Under the pieces are notes generated by a model. It was not told the DNA's origin. It was given only the letters and a program-made list of their open reading frames with translations, and did not search any database. Of a stretch of DNA of 64,000 nucleotides, positions 1-9,473 are shown in pieces. This DNA comes from Candidatus Latescibacterota bacterium (GTDB taxonomy: Bacteria > Latescibacterota > UBA2968 > UBA8231): contig OZ242214.1 in the NCBI GenBank assembly GCA_965206595.1, positions 1,888,001-1,952,000 on the forward strand, in the 5' to 3' direction. The position numbers were made by a program, and so were the translations under genes. Position 1 is the first letter of the stretch. Each line of letters starts with the position of its first letter.

Positions 1-885
1 CATCGAGGCGGAGAGGGCGAGGTACCCGATCACCATGTTGTGTCGAGTTCTGCAGGTGTCTCGCAGCGGTTTCTACGCTTGGCAGCAGCGTCCGATCCGT
101 CCTCGGACTGAGGAGACACGGCGACTGGATGTCGAGATCAACGAGCTGTACGAGGCCAGCAGGCGGCGCTCCGGGAGTCCGAAGATCACTCGAGCTCTGG
201 GGACACGAGGCTGGCGAGTGAGCAAGAATCGCGTTGCACGGCGCATGCGGCAGCTGGGGCTGCGCTCGATCGTCCGCCGTCGCTTCAAGGTGACGACAAC
301 CTCGCGGCATCGGTTTGCGGTAGCGCCGAATCGGCTGCAGCGCGATTTCACCGCGCAACGCCCCAATCAGGTGTGGGTCAGCGACCTCACCTACCTGCGC
401 GTCGGTCGCGGCTGGCTGTATCTGGGGGTCTTCATCGACCTGTATTCGCGACGCGTGGTTGGCTGGGCGTTGAGCTCGGCGCTGGATCACAGCGTGGCGC
501 TGACCGCTCTGAAGCGGGCCGTCATTCGACGGCGACCGCCGAAGGGACTGATCATCCACTCCGATCGCGGCGTGCACTAGGCCTGCACCGGCTTCACTGA
601 GTGGGTCACCCAACACAGGCTTCGTGCAGAGCATGAGCCGTAAAGGAGACTGCTGGGACAACGCTGTGGCCGAGTCCTTCTTCCATCTGCTCAAGACCGA
701 GTTGACCTATCACGAGCGCTGGTTCGACTACCGGGCCGCACAGCGCAGCCTTTTCGAATACATCGAAGTCTTCTACAACCGAAAAAGGACTCATTCAACC
801 CTGGACTACGTGACACCCGACCCATTCGAGCAACAGTTATCCACAATCGCCGCTTGAGAGTGTCCACTTTTTCGGGGGAGTATCA
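1..885 (+). mobile_element. IS3-family element, right part (left end outside window), inserted into an IS630 copy
   Basis: OrfB motifs (MLCRVLQVSRSGFY, WVSDLTYL, HSDRG, DNAVAESFF); right IR GTGTCCACTTTTTCGGGGGAGTATCA ends at 885, followed directly by IS630 coding sequence. Confidence 0.9.
35..857 (+). pseudogene. IS3 transposase OrfB, broken by a stop at 578-580 and a frameshift near 615
   Basis: HSDRGVH* where HSDRGxQY is expected; the C-terminal part resumes in ORF 624..857. Confidence 0.85.
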
Positions 886-1086
886 GAGATCTGGTTCGGC
901 ATCCTCACGCAGAAAGTCATCCGCCGTGGGACCTTCAAGAAGGTGAAGGACCTGGTCGCCAACATTCAGGAATTCACCGACCGCTATAACGCCCAATCAC
1001 ACCCGTTTGTGTGGACGGCGACGGCCGAATCGATTCTCGCAAAGATCACCAGACTTTTCAAACTAATTCATGGGACGGGACACTAG
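886..1086 (+). mobile_element. IS630 3' remnant with right end
   Basis: Near-identical to 12122-12322 and 5263-5463 (EIWFGILTQK...HGTGH*); ends in GGGACGGGACACTAG. Confidence 0.9.
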
Positions 1087-1135
1087 GGCGCCGAGTTATG
1101 TGGGATGCAGGCACCTCGGAACCTGACATGGGGTC

Positions 1136-2179
1136 CTATGAGTGCAGCCGACACAGCCGTTGGAGGCATAGCTGAAGTATTTTTCCGTGCTGACTCCGAC
1201 GTCTCGACTTGAAAAGCCGGTCCGCTTCGAGCAAGATCACCATTCCTGTCCAGAGGTCATCACTCGTAAACTGTCGAGCTTGCTGACGGTAGGATTTTAG
1301 GAAGGAAGGGGGAACCTTCATTTGCCGGGCCATGTCGGGTCTGGAGAGTCGCTGGTCTTCAAGATCCTTGGCCTTGAGAAGGAGCTGCAGGTGACGGCTG
1401 AGCATCGGCAGAATCCTAAGGGGCTCCTCTCCTTGGCTCAGCATTCCTTGAAGCATCTTCTGGGCGGTGGAATAGTCCTGCCGACCGACGGAATCGGCAA
1501 GCTCAAAGACGCTGGCGGCACTGGAGACTCCCGCCAACTCGACGACCGCCCGTGCCGAAATCGGTCTCCCCTCCCCAACATAGGTGGACAACTTATCAAT
1601 CTCGCTAACCAACTGGCGGGTGTTGTTGCCAAGGTACAGAGCCAGTAGACTCGCGGCCTCCGGTTCGAGCTCCAGGTTGCGGTTTCGCGTGTGACGGATG
1701 AGCCACTGTGGAACCTGATTCTGGTAAGGTGTTTTGAATTCGACGTGTAGTCCCAGTTTCCCCATCTGCTGGTAAAGTCGGCGCCTCATGTCCACCTTCC
1801 CGCCTACGGCGATGAGAGTAGATGTCTCTTGCGGGTCGGATACGATCATATCGAGCTGGTTGCATTGATCCGCCGTGATCCTCTCGCACTTCCTGAGAAT
1901 GATCAGCCGATGGCTGGCAAGCATCGGGTAGGCGAAATAACACTCGAGTAGTCTCTGAGAGTCGAGTGGGTCCCCGTAGATCAGGTCTGTGTTGAACTCC
2001 GGAGCGGCATCCGGTTGCAGCCTGGAAACCAGCCAAGCGGCGGTCTCGTCGCGCTCGAACTCCTCCTCACCGGAGAGCAGGTAAAATCGCAGTCGTGGGC
2101 CATGCTCGACTTCCGAGCGCAGGGTTTCGGAGGAGACTGCGCCGGTCTGCCTTCTATTCGCCGGGACGGATGTGACCAT
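1136..2179 (-). CDS. holA: DNA polymerase III subunit delta
   Basis: YLLSGEE start, FNTDLIYG, EIDKL, SVFELAD, EEPLRIL motifs; 347 aa. Confidence 0.88.
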   Translation of the reverse strand: MVTSVPANRRQTGAVSSETLRSEVEHGPRLRFYLLSGEEEFERDETAAWLVSRLQPDAAPEFNTDLIYGDPLDSQRLLECYFAYPMLASHRLIILRKCERITADQCNQLDMIVSDPQETSTLIAVGGKVDMRRRLYQQMGKLGLHVEFKTPYQNQVPQWLIRHTRNRNLELEPEAASLLALYLGNNTRQLVSEIDKLSTYVGEGRPISARAVVELAGVSSAASVFELADSVGRQDYSTAQKMLQGMLSQGEEPLRILPMLSRHLQLLLKAKDLEDQRLSRPDMARQMKVPPSFLKSYRQQARQFTSDDLWTGMVILLEADRLFKSRRRSQHGKILQLCLQRLCRLHS

Positions 2180-2187
2180 GCAGGTTA

Positions 2188-2400
2188 CTAACTGCCGCTT
2201 CCGGCGCCATTCTCTTCGGCAATTTCGGTGTATTCGACGTCGATTGCGTTGTCGCGGTTGGCCTTATCTCGATCAACTCCCGCGCCGTCAAAGATTCGGG
2301 GTCGTTGGTTTCCTCTCAAAAAGCCGGTAACGACATGGGTTGCAATCACCACCAGAATGAGGATCAACAGCAGCTTGATCATGCTAGCAAAACGCTGCAA
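2188..2400 (-). CDS. Small membrane protein with an acidic DVEY-type tail
   Basis: N-terminal hydrophobic helix, C-terminal AIDVEYTEI; ends 8 bp before the holA start. Confidence 0.55.
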   Translation of the reverse strand: MQRFASMIKLLLILILVVIATHVVTGFLRGNQRPRIFDGAGVDRDKANRDNAIDVEYTEIAEENGAGSGS

Positions 2401-2545
2401 TCACAAAATGGAAAGCCGAGGGGGGCGGAAGAAGAAGAAAGATTCGCGTATACGGAGGGATTTCGCACTCGAAGCTTCGACGGATGGCGATTTCCGGCGT
2501 CTTTCGGAACAATCGGTACCCTGCTCCTACCAACTGTTGGCTGGC

Positions 2546-3004
2546 CTATTGCCCGGGCCATTTCAAGGGGAAGGGCTCGGTCTTGCCGGCTTCGCGCCAC
2601 ATTTTGTCGAGGTTGTCGTAGTGATCGATGACCCTCTCTTTGATCAAGATGATCTGTTTCTGAGCGCTGATCGTAAAGGTGGGAAAATCGGGTTGAACTA
2701 GCTGGGTCAGGGCCCGTGCGACGGCTCTCTTTATGTTGTTGTGGCTTGCCTTGATGAATTTGTTCTTGGTTTTCCCGAAGTTCTCGAGACTGTCGTGGTA
2801 CGCCTGGATGACTTCGCGGATGTCGCGCGCCTGGCGCTCGAGCGCCGGGCTTTTCAGATACCCCTGGTAGCGCTCAAGTTTGCTGTTGATGGGCTGCATG
2901 TTCTCGTACCGGACCACGTACGGTGTCAATTCGTCCGGTGGTTCGCTACAGCTAAAAAGCAGAATTGACGCCACCGCCAGCGACATCGCTTGAGTGATCT
3001 TCAT
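2546..3004 (-). CDS. Hypothetical lipoprotein
   Basis: AGGAGG RBS; signal peptide with lipobox LLFSC. Confidence 0.75.
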   Translation of the reverse strand: MKITQAMSLAVASILLFSCSEPPDELTPYVVRYENMQPINSKLERYQGYLKSPALERQARDIREVIQAYHDSLENFGKTKNKFIKASHNNIKRAVARALTQLVQPDFPTFTISAQKQIILIKERVIDHYDNLDKMWREAGKTEPFPLKWPGQ

Positions 3005-3367
3005 TGTTTTTCCTCCTATTTTGGCGACGCGCTTGAACTGTTCGCCTTTTTAAACTTGCCGACCTGCAACGGAATGCATGCAACCGGATACCCAGTGGAA
3101 AAACGACTTGGCTTCCGGGCAGGCGGACAGGATCTTGAAATAGCCGAAACTTCGCAGCCGAGACCGCTGTCTCCCCGCAAATTACGTAGAATCCAGAATT
3201 CTGGAGATTGCAGACAGATTCAAGGTGCCACCGCCAGTGTGTTGTCCACGGTCGTAAATCGCTTGGAGAAACCAAAGTAAAGATGGCATTTCATCTGACA
3301 AAGTCCAGCTGGCTGGCAAAGTCAGTCAGTAATCACCTCTCTCAAGACAATAGCACAAACTCTGGAT

Positions 3368-4165
3368 TCACGATTGCCCGAGTTTCCCAAGTGAAAGATG
3401 ATTCATGACTTCATCGAAGAGGAGGCCGTTCGTGGAGACCCCATCCTCCCCGCGAATCGTTGCTTTCCCTCTCCAGTCGGTAAAAGTTCCCCCGGCTTCC
3501 TGCAGAATGGGTACCAAAGGGGCGCAGTCCCAAGGACTGAGGACAGGATCGAGCATAACCTCCGCTCGGCCAGTGGCGACCAGCAGGTGTCCATAACAAT
3601 CCCCCCATCCTCGGAGCAACCCCACCTTTCCAGCCAAGCCATCGAATGCATGATTCCGGTGCTGACCGAAACTTCGACTACTGGTGTAGCAGACACAGGC
3701 CTCGCTGAGGTTCTTGACCGCCGAGACGCGGGTACGCCTCCCGTTCCACCAGCAGCCAAGGCCCTTGGCAGCGTGGACCATCTCGTCGAGACCGGGAAGG
3801 TACACAGCGCCGACCACCACTTCCCCCTTCTCATCCTCCAAAGCGACAAGCACACCATATAGAGGAACACCTTTTATGAACGATTTGGTCCCGTCAATCG
3901 GGTCAATGATCCAACATCGCCCGGAAGACCCGGATTTTTCACCGAACTCCTCACCGAGAACGCCGTCTATTGGGAAAACCTGCTGCAGACCAAGGCGTAT
4001 GATCTCCTCCGCTTCCCGGTCCGCCGCGGTAACCGGCGTCGCGTCGGCCTTCAACTCCACCGCTATCCCGGTCTGGAAATGGCGCAGAGTCGCTCTGCCT
4101 GCCTTCCAGGCCAACTGCGCAGCGGTTTCCATCTCCTTTCCGAATGGACGTGTCACGAAGGGCAA
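3368..4165 (-). CDS. hisN: Histidinol-phosphatase, inositol monophosphatase family
   Basis: TPVTAADREAE, GEE, WIIDPIDGTKSFI, WGDCYG, WDCA motifs. Confidence 0.8.
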   Translation of the reverse strand: MPFVTRPFGKEMETAAQLAWKAGRATLRHFQTGIAVELKADATPVTAADREAEEIIRLGLQQVFPIDGVLGEEFGEKSGSSGRCWIIDPIDGTKSFIKGVPLYGVLVALEDEKGEVVVGAVYLPGLDEMVHAAKGLGCWWNGRRTRVSAVKNLSEACVCYTSSRSFGQHRNHAFDGLAGKVGLLRGWGDCYGHLLVATGRAEVMLDPVLSPWDCAPLVPILQEAGGTFTDWRGKATIRGEDGVSTNGLLFDEVMNHLSLGKLGQS

Positions 4166-4197
4166 GCCGGGCTCTTGATGGAAGAGCTGTTCCGTAT

Positions 4198-4228
4198 TGT
4201 GGGGCCCTTACTGTTCAAGGGCCCCACA
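4198..4228 (-). terminator. Perfect 12-bp hairpin
   Basis: TGTGGGGCCCTT-actgttc-AAGGGCCCCACA. Confidence 0.55.
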
Positions 4229-4232
4229 GGCT

Positions 4233-4355
4233 GAAGAGCATATGCGCCGCGGAAGGGGTTGGGAATCCTGCCGCCGTAGGCCGGAAGTCAGACCGGTCGC
4301 CAGAAACGAGGAAATCTGTGGGTTTTCCCGTTTTCAGCCCCTGCCACGGCTCTTC
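4233..4355 (-). ncRNA. Candidate long-hairpin small RNA (6S-like?)
   Basis: Nested complementarity GAAGAGC/GCTCTTC, CCGTGG/CCGCGG, AGGGG/CCCCT, GGGAA/TTCCC; downstream hairpin; TTGTGC-N17-TAGGTT upstream. Confidence 0.3.
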
Positions 4356-4430
4356 GTAAGTATATGATTTCATTAACCTACTGGTAGTGCACCCTACGCA
4401 CAACAGAGAAAAATCACACCATCTTTTTTC

Positions 4431-4613
4431 CTAAAAATTGTGAATGGTCCCAGTGTCGGCGGTGTCAACCCGAGTTTCTTGCCCATCCTCGGGTGCGGAT
4501 TCGGATTGCACAGATGAAAGCACCGCCCGGACCCGTTTTTGAATATTTTTGATCCGGTCTTCGACCTCCTCGATCGAGCGCAGAAGTTCCTCTTCCATGA
4601 CCTCTATGGGCAT
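4431..4613 (-). CDS. Small coiled-coil hypothetical protein (60 aa)
   Basis: GGAGG RBS before the ATG at 4613; heptad pattern LLRSIEEVEDRIKNIQKRV. Confidence 0.6.
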   Translation of the reverse strand: MPIEVMEEELLRSIEEVEDRIKNIQKRVRAVLSSVQSESAPEDGQETRVDTADTGTIHNF

Positions 4614-4762
4614 AGTCGCTTCCTCCGGAAAACGCGAGGAGAACAAGCAGCAGTGGAGAGTGGGACTACGGGCGCGACTAGGCGCCGGAGGAGAAACCGG
4701 CTGTATAGAAACACCACTTGCGTCAGGAAACGGAGTACAACTAGTGTAGTGTCCGTTAAATG

Positions 4763-4884
4763 TGGGCTTACCCCGATTTCACGGACAGTTTTCCGTTTGG
4801 ATCTACACCCTTTGATAAGTGATAATTCTCGTAGTTGACGGGAGACCGTTGTCCCAGGGCGGAATGCCGTCGATGGCGATTGTA
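4763..4884 (-). mobile_element. IS3 right-end fragment
   Basis: Reverse complement of about 57689-57810, including IR TGGGCTTACCCCGATTTCACGGACA. Confidence 0.9.
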
Positions 4885-4972
4885 CCCTCTGGTTGCATAA
4901 AAACAGGGCATTTTTCATCTCTGAACTGCCACACTTCACTTGCGTCGCCTCTGAAAATGGGGTATTGATGAT
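4885..4972 (+). mobile_element. IS1380 left-end fragment
   Basis: Reverse complement of about 56138-56225 (CCCTCTGGTTGCATAAAAACAGGG...). Confidence 0.9.
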
Positions 4973-5463
4973 GGGCTATGTGGAAGGCGTTACGCACAGC
5001 TATATCCGGCACGGCACCACGACCTTGTTCGCGGCGCTCGAGATTGCATCGGGCAAGGTCCTGACCCAATGCAAACCCCGGCATCGGCACCAGGAATTCC
5101 TGCAGTTCCTCAAATACATAGATCAAAACGTCCCCAAAGACCTTGACATTCACCTCGTCGTAGATAACTACGCCACGCACACGCACGAAAAGGTGGATCG
5201 CAGCGCGTCCGCGATACCACGTTCACTATACACCGACCTACGCCTCTTGGCTCAACCAGGTGGAGATCTGGTTCGGCATCCTCACGCAGAAAGCCATCCG
5301 CCGTGGGACCTTCAAGAAGGTGAAGGACCTGGTCGCCAACATTCAGGAATTCACCGACCGCTATAACGCCCAATCACACCCGTTTGTGTGGACGGCGACG
5401 GCCGAATCGATTCTCGCAAAGAGCACCAGACTTTTCAAACTAATTCATGGGACGGGACACTAG
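4972..5463 (+). mobile_element. IS630 3' half, with an 8-bp internal deletion
   Basis: Near-identical to 11823-12322; right end GGGACGGGACACTAG. Confidence 0.9.
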
Positions 5464-6317
5464 GTGCGGCTGTAGGTCCTGAGCTGATCGCAGCGGCTGG
5501 GGTGCCGCAGTCGATGCAAAGCCTTTTCTTTGATCTGGCGGACGCGTTCTCTCGTCAGGCCAAAACGCACCCCAATTTGATCGAGGGTCATCGGCTCCTC
5601 GCCGTCCAGTCCGAAATATAACCGCAGGATTTTGGCTTCGCGACCCACCAATGAGCCGAGTGCAGTATCGATTTTTCCGCGCAGACATCCCCGCATCACG
5701 AGATTTTCGGGAGATTCTTGCCGGTCGTCGGGAAGGATGTCCAGGAGGCTATGGTCTTCTCCCTCCTTGAACGTGGCGTCAAGAGAACGAACAGAGCGGC
5801 CGCACATCATGGTTTCACGTACGTCCTCAACGGGAACATCGAGTTCGTTGGCGATGTCTTCGGGGTTCGGATCGTCTGTGCGTTCCTGCTGCAGGAGGCG
5901 GGAAGCTTTGGATATCTTGTACAGCAACCCGATTTTGTTCAGTGGAAGTCTCACTGTGCGGGATTGTTCGGCGAGGGTCTGCAGAATGGCTTGTCTGATC
6001 CACCAGACCGCATAGGAGATGAACTTGAACCCCTTGTTTTCGTCGAACCTCTCGGCAGCCGTGATCAGCCCAATGTTGCCGGCACTGATGAGGTCCGCAA
6101 GGGGGACGCCTCGATTTTGATACTCTTTGGCGACACTGACCACGAACCTCAGATTGGCTTCAACGAGGACATTTCGCGCACCTTCATCGCCGCACTTGAT
6201 CCTGCGCGCCAGATCGACTTCTTCGGAGGAAGAAAGCGGGTTCGAGTTGGCTATCTCCCCGAAATAGGACCCCAAGCAGTCATCCATGTCCCAGAATGTT
6301 TTCGCGATCTCGGCCAT
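5460..6317 (-). CDS. RNA polymerase sigma-70 factor, short RpoD/SigA family
   Basis: LVEANLRFVVSVAK, DLISAGNIGL, FKFISYAVWWIRQ, LTRERVRQI; no region 1.1. Confidence 0.93.
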   Translation of the reverse strand: MAEIAKTFWDMDDCLGSYFGEIANSNPLSSSEEVDLARRIKCGDEGARNVLVEANLRFVVSVAKEYQNRGVPLADLISAGNIGLITAAERFDENKGFKFISYAVWWIRQAILQTLAEQSRTVRLPLNKIGLLYKISKASRLLQQERTDDPNPEDIANELDVPVEDVRETMMCGRSVRSLDATFKEGEDHSLLDILPDDRQESPENLVMRGCLRGKIDTALGSLVGREAKILRLYFGLDGEEPMTLDQIGVRFGLTRERVRQIKEKALHRLRHPSRCDQLRTYSRT

Positions 6318-6545
6318 GTGTCGTCCTTGCTGTTAAGGGAAGTTCTCGCACATGCTGGAAAGATGGTCCGCAGAGGATGCGGCCCGGTGTGCGGAGGAGA
6401 TGACACCGGAAAAGGCCGATGGATTGTACGAGATGTAGCAAAAGGACTTGGTCACGGCAACAGCAAAGCAACAAACATAGACGGGGGCACATAAACCTGT
6501 CAAGCTGATTCCCGCTCTGGTCAAAGCCAGGTCAGCGTCTCCAAC

Positions 6546-7286
6546 TCATTCGGAGGCAACGAGATCACCAAGGACAGCGGTTTGGAGAGCGAGCAACTCG
6601 AGGATCCCCTTGGTCGCCAGATCCAATAGCCCGTTCATCTCGTTCAGCGTGAAGGGGGTCCGCTCTGCGGTTGCCTGGATTTCGACGAGCCTTCCATCCC
6701 TGGTCATGACGACGTTCATGTCGGTGGCAGCGGAACTGTCCTCTTGATAGCACAGATCGAGCAGAGCCTCGCCGTTGACGAGTCCGCAGCTGACTGCCGC
6801 CAGTTGTCCCGAAATCGGGTCACCTTCCAGGGCACCCCCTGCTTTCATCTCAGAAATGGCTTCTACGAGAGCGACGTACCCTCCCGTGATCGCTGCTGTC
6901 CGCGTGCCCCCGTCAGCCTGAATCACGTCGCAGTCTACATATAGCGTCCTTGCTCCAACAGCTCCGAGATCAATTACGGTACGCAGGGAACGGCCGATCA
7001 ATCGTTGAATCTCTCGCGTGCGGCTGTTCGGCCTGCCCATGGCAGCTTCACGCGGAATACGCTGTCGAGAAGATCCTGGGAGCATTCCGTACTCGCAGGT
7101 CAGCCAACCTCTGCCCGTTCCCTCTACAAACGGAGGAACGCGGTTCACACTGGAAACCGTGCATATGAGCTTGGTTCCCCCACTTACAATCAGAGCCGAG
7201 CCGGGCGCCGATTCCAGGTAGGATCGCCTGATCGTGGTCGGTCTGAGCTGGTCGGGCATGCGGCCGTCTACACGGGAGTCAACCAT
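6546..7286 (-). CDS. rph: Ribonuclease PH
   Basis: GWLTCEYGMLP, EIQRLIGRSLR, DVIQADGGTRTA. Confidence 0.96.
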   Translation of the reverse strand: MVDSRVDGRMPDQLRPTTIRRSYLESAPGSALIVSGGTKLICTVSSVNRVPPFVEGTGRGWLTCEYGMLPGSSRQRIPREAAMGRPNSRTREIQRLIGRSLRTVIDLGAVGARTLYVDCDVIQADGGTRTAAITGGYVALVEAISEMKAGGALEGDPISGQLAAVSCGLVNGEALLDLCYQEDSSAATDMNVVMTRDGRLVEIQATAERTPFTLNEMNGLLDLATKGILELLALQTAVLGDLVASE

Positions 7287-7287
7287 G

Positions 7288-8118
7288 TTATCGCACCGGG
7301 TGAAGCTGTTGGCGAAAATCGACGCCGGTCATGTTGACAAAACGGCACATCTCGGTAAGGCGGGAATAGATGCGGCCACTCTGCTGCCTGATCTCGTCCA
7401 ATGGCTGGTTTGTGGTGACAATTGTGAAGCGCTCCTCGCTGTAGCGGGAATCTACGAGTTCGTACAGCTTCTCCATCTCAAACTCGGTACCGCGCTGAAT
7501 ACCGAAATCGTCGAGGAGCAGGTAGGGTAACTGGCTCAACTCCTGCTGAATTTGGAAAGTCTGTCCGTGGCGGTCGCTGTTTTCGGAGAAGGTATCGCGA
7601 AGTTGCTGGAAATACTTGCGAGACAAACTGAGGAAGCGGCCGGGGCGGGCCCTGTGCAGGATGAGTTCGTTGAGCATTATGCATCCGAGCAGGGTCTTGC
7701 CGGTGCCCGGAGGCCCGATCAAAACGAAGCCGCGGCGAGGTTCTTCATCACCGTCCAAGAGTGTCGAAACATACCCGCGCGCCTCGGTTGCCACTGCAAT
7801 GGCACCGCCGTCCGGAGTTGTCAGGCAGAAATCGTCCTGAAATTTCCAACGGAACTTGGTGGGGACTTCAGCGAGCTTGAACAGTCGCTGAATTTCCGAC
7901 AACCGCCGCCTAGCCGAAGCGCACGGGCACCACTGCAACCTCGAGTCTTCGTTCCAGTACTGATACGGCCGTTCCCCGCGACAACGGCACCCCCGCTCCA
8001 CGCACTCGCACAGCTTCAGGGTCCCGAAGCGTCCGACTTCCACAGTTGGGTCGTAGCGCACTCCTCTGCCGGTGCAGGCGTCGCAGGACTTGGTGATAAA
8101 ATGGGCAGTAGCCGTCAA
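7288..8118 (-). CDS. DnaC/IstB-like AAA+ ATPase with a Cys-rich N-terminus
   Basis: Walker A GPPGTGKT, Walker B LLLDDFG, IVTTN, RIYSRL; CDAC/CEC/CRC/CPC. Confidence 0.85.
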   Translation of the reverse strand: MTATAHFITKSCDACTGRGVRYDPTVEVGRFGTLKLCECVERGCRCRGERPYQYWNEDSRLQWCPCASARRRLSEIQRLFKLAEVPTKFRWKFQDDFCLTTPDGGAIAVATEARGYVSTLLDGDEEPRRGFVLIGPPGTGKTLLGCIMLNELILHRARPGRFLSLSRKYFQQLRDTFSENSDRHGQTFQIQQELSQLPYLLLDDFGIQRGTEFEMEKLYELVDSRYSEERFTIVTTNQPLDEIRQQSGRIYSRLTEMCRFVNMTGVDFRQQLHPVR

Positions 8119-8612
8119 CTTTTCCGGGCTTCGGCGAGGGCGCGGTCAACGGACCGTTGAGCGTCGCGGTCGGAAATGTCGCGACGCCGGTCATGGACGC
8201 GTTTGCCGCGTGCAAGTGCGAGCTCGACCTTGGCTTTGCCGCTTTTGAAATACAATCGCGTCGGAACCAGAGTCAAACCGCGTTGGTCGGTTTGTCCGAC
8301 AAGGCGCCTGATCTCCCAGCTGTGAAGCAGGAGCTTTCGCGGCCGGTCCGGGTCGTGGTTGAAACGGTTGGCGGGATCGTAGGCCCCGATATGCAGATTG
8401 AGCAAAAAAAGTTCGCCCTTGTCGATTCGAGCGTAGCTGTCCTTGAGGTTGACCTTGCCGTCGCGCAAGGACTTGACTTCGGTGCCACGCAATTCGATGC
8501 CGGCCTCCACTGTCGACAGGACCTCGAAATCGTGCCTTGCCTTGCGGTTGTGGGCGATCAGCTTGGTACCCGTTTCCGCCTTGGGGCTGGTGGTTTGCTT
8601 AGATGCGTGCAT
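8115..8612 (-). CDS. smpB: SsrA-binding protein
   Basis: NRKARHDF, EAGIELRGTEVKSLR, RKLLLH. Confidence 0.96.
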   Translation of the reverse strand: MHASKQTTSPKAETGTKLIAHNRKARHDFEVLSTVEAGIELRGTEVKSLRDGKVNLKDSYARIDKGELFLLNLHIGAYDPANRFNHDPDRPRKLLLHSWEIRRLVGQTDQRGLTLVPTRLYFKSGKAKVELALARGKRVHDRRRDISDRDAQRSVDRALAEARKS

Positions 8613-8694
8613 GCCCTTTTGTTTGACAGTTGGTGCTTGCGGGGTTGACCCTGCTTGGTGGGCCAACTAGCTTTCGTTCCGCCAATCATTGTGA

Positions 8695-8782
8695 GCCGAA
8701 GTGGCGAAATTGGTAGACGCGCTGCGTTCAGGGCGCAGTGGGGTTTATCCCCGTGTGGGTTCGAGTCCCTCCTTCGGCACCA
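8695..8782 (+). tRNA. tRNA-Leu(CAG)
   Basis: GCCGAAG/CTTCGGC acceptor stem, anticodon loop TTCAGGG, long variable arm, CCA. Confidence 0.95.
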
Positions 8783-8910
8783 ACCATTCCCCGCCCTCGA
8801 CTTGGGTAGTCGGTTGACCGTCAGTCGGTTGTCGGTGCCGCCCTTCCCCCAGACCTGTTGCGAAAACGGGTGCCCGAGGGACATCAAGAACATAATTGAG
8901 GAAGATGATA

Positions 8911-9291
8911 ATGTCTCGTTTTCTGCATACGAGAATCCGGGTCAGTGACTTGGACCGCTCCATCGACTGGTACTGCACTCACTTGGGATTCCGGGTGGCA
9001 AGGCGGTCTGCCAGATCTCCCGCTGGAAATCAGATTGCCCATCTGGAGCTGCCAGGCAACGACCACACCCTTGAGTTGACTTGGTCAGAAGAATACGAGC
9101 TGAATGTTCCCGAAGACCTGATGCATATTGCGATAGGAGTTCCAAACCTGATTGAGTCGTGCGCTCAGATTGAAGAAGCGGGAATCGAGATCTGGCCTGA
9201 CGGCTGGCGTGAGAAATTCATCTCAGGTGGGAAAATGGCCTTTGTCGATGACCCCGACGGCTACGAGGTCGAGCTTCTCGAAATAAAATAA
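8911..9291 (+). CDS. VOC/glyoxalase I family protein
   Basis: FLHTRIRVSDLDRSIDWY, LELT, HIAIGV, DPDGYEVEL. Confidence 0.88.
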   Translation: MSRFLHTRIRVSDLDRSIDWYCTHLGFRVARRSARSPAGNQIAHLELPGNDHTLELTWSEEYELNVPEDLMHIAIGVPNLIESCAQIEEAGIEIWPDGWREKFISGGKMAFVDDPDGYEVELLEIK

Positions 9292-9473
9292 AGTGTTTCA
9301 ACAATGTGATACTCACCCGGTCGACGACAGTTTTGTAGCTGTGGGTGGGTTGCAGTACACGAGCTGTTGAGAAATTTGGATTTCCACGGTTCCCGGAATT
9401 ACTGAGAGTTTTTTTCGCCCTATCTCTATACCATCCGCGCTTTCCCCGTTTCTCCGTGCGGTCGAAGCCGATG

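Noticed and set aside
4250-4305. Cobalamin riboswitch-like motif (GGGAA...AAGTCAGA)
   Set aside because: Core elements are missing and it is on the opposite strand to the neighbouring genes
7288-8118. IS21 or prophage origin for the IstB-like ATPase
   Set aside because: No IstA, IRs, integrase or phage genes; tightly coupled to housekeeping genes
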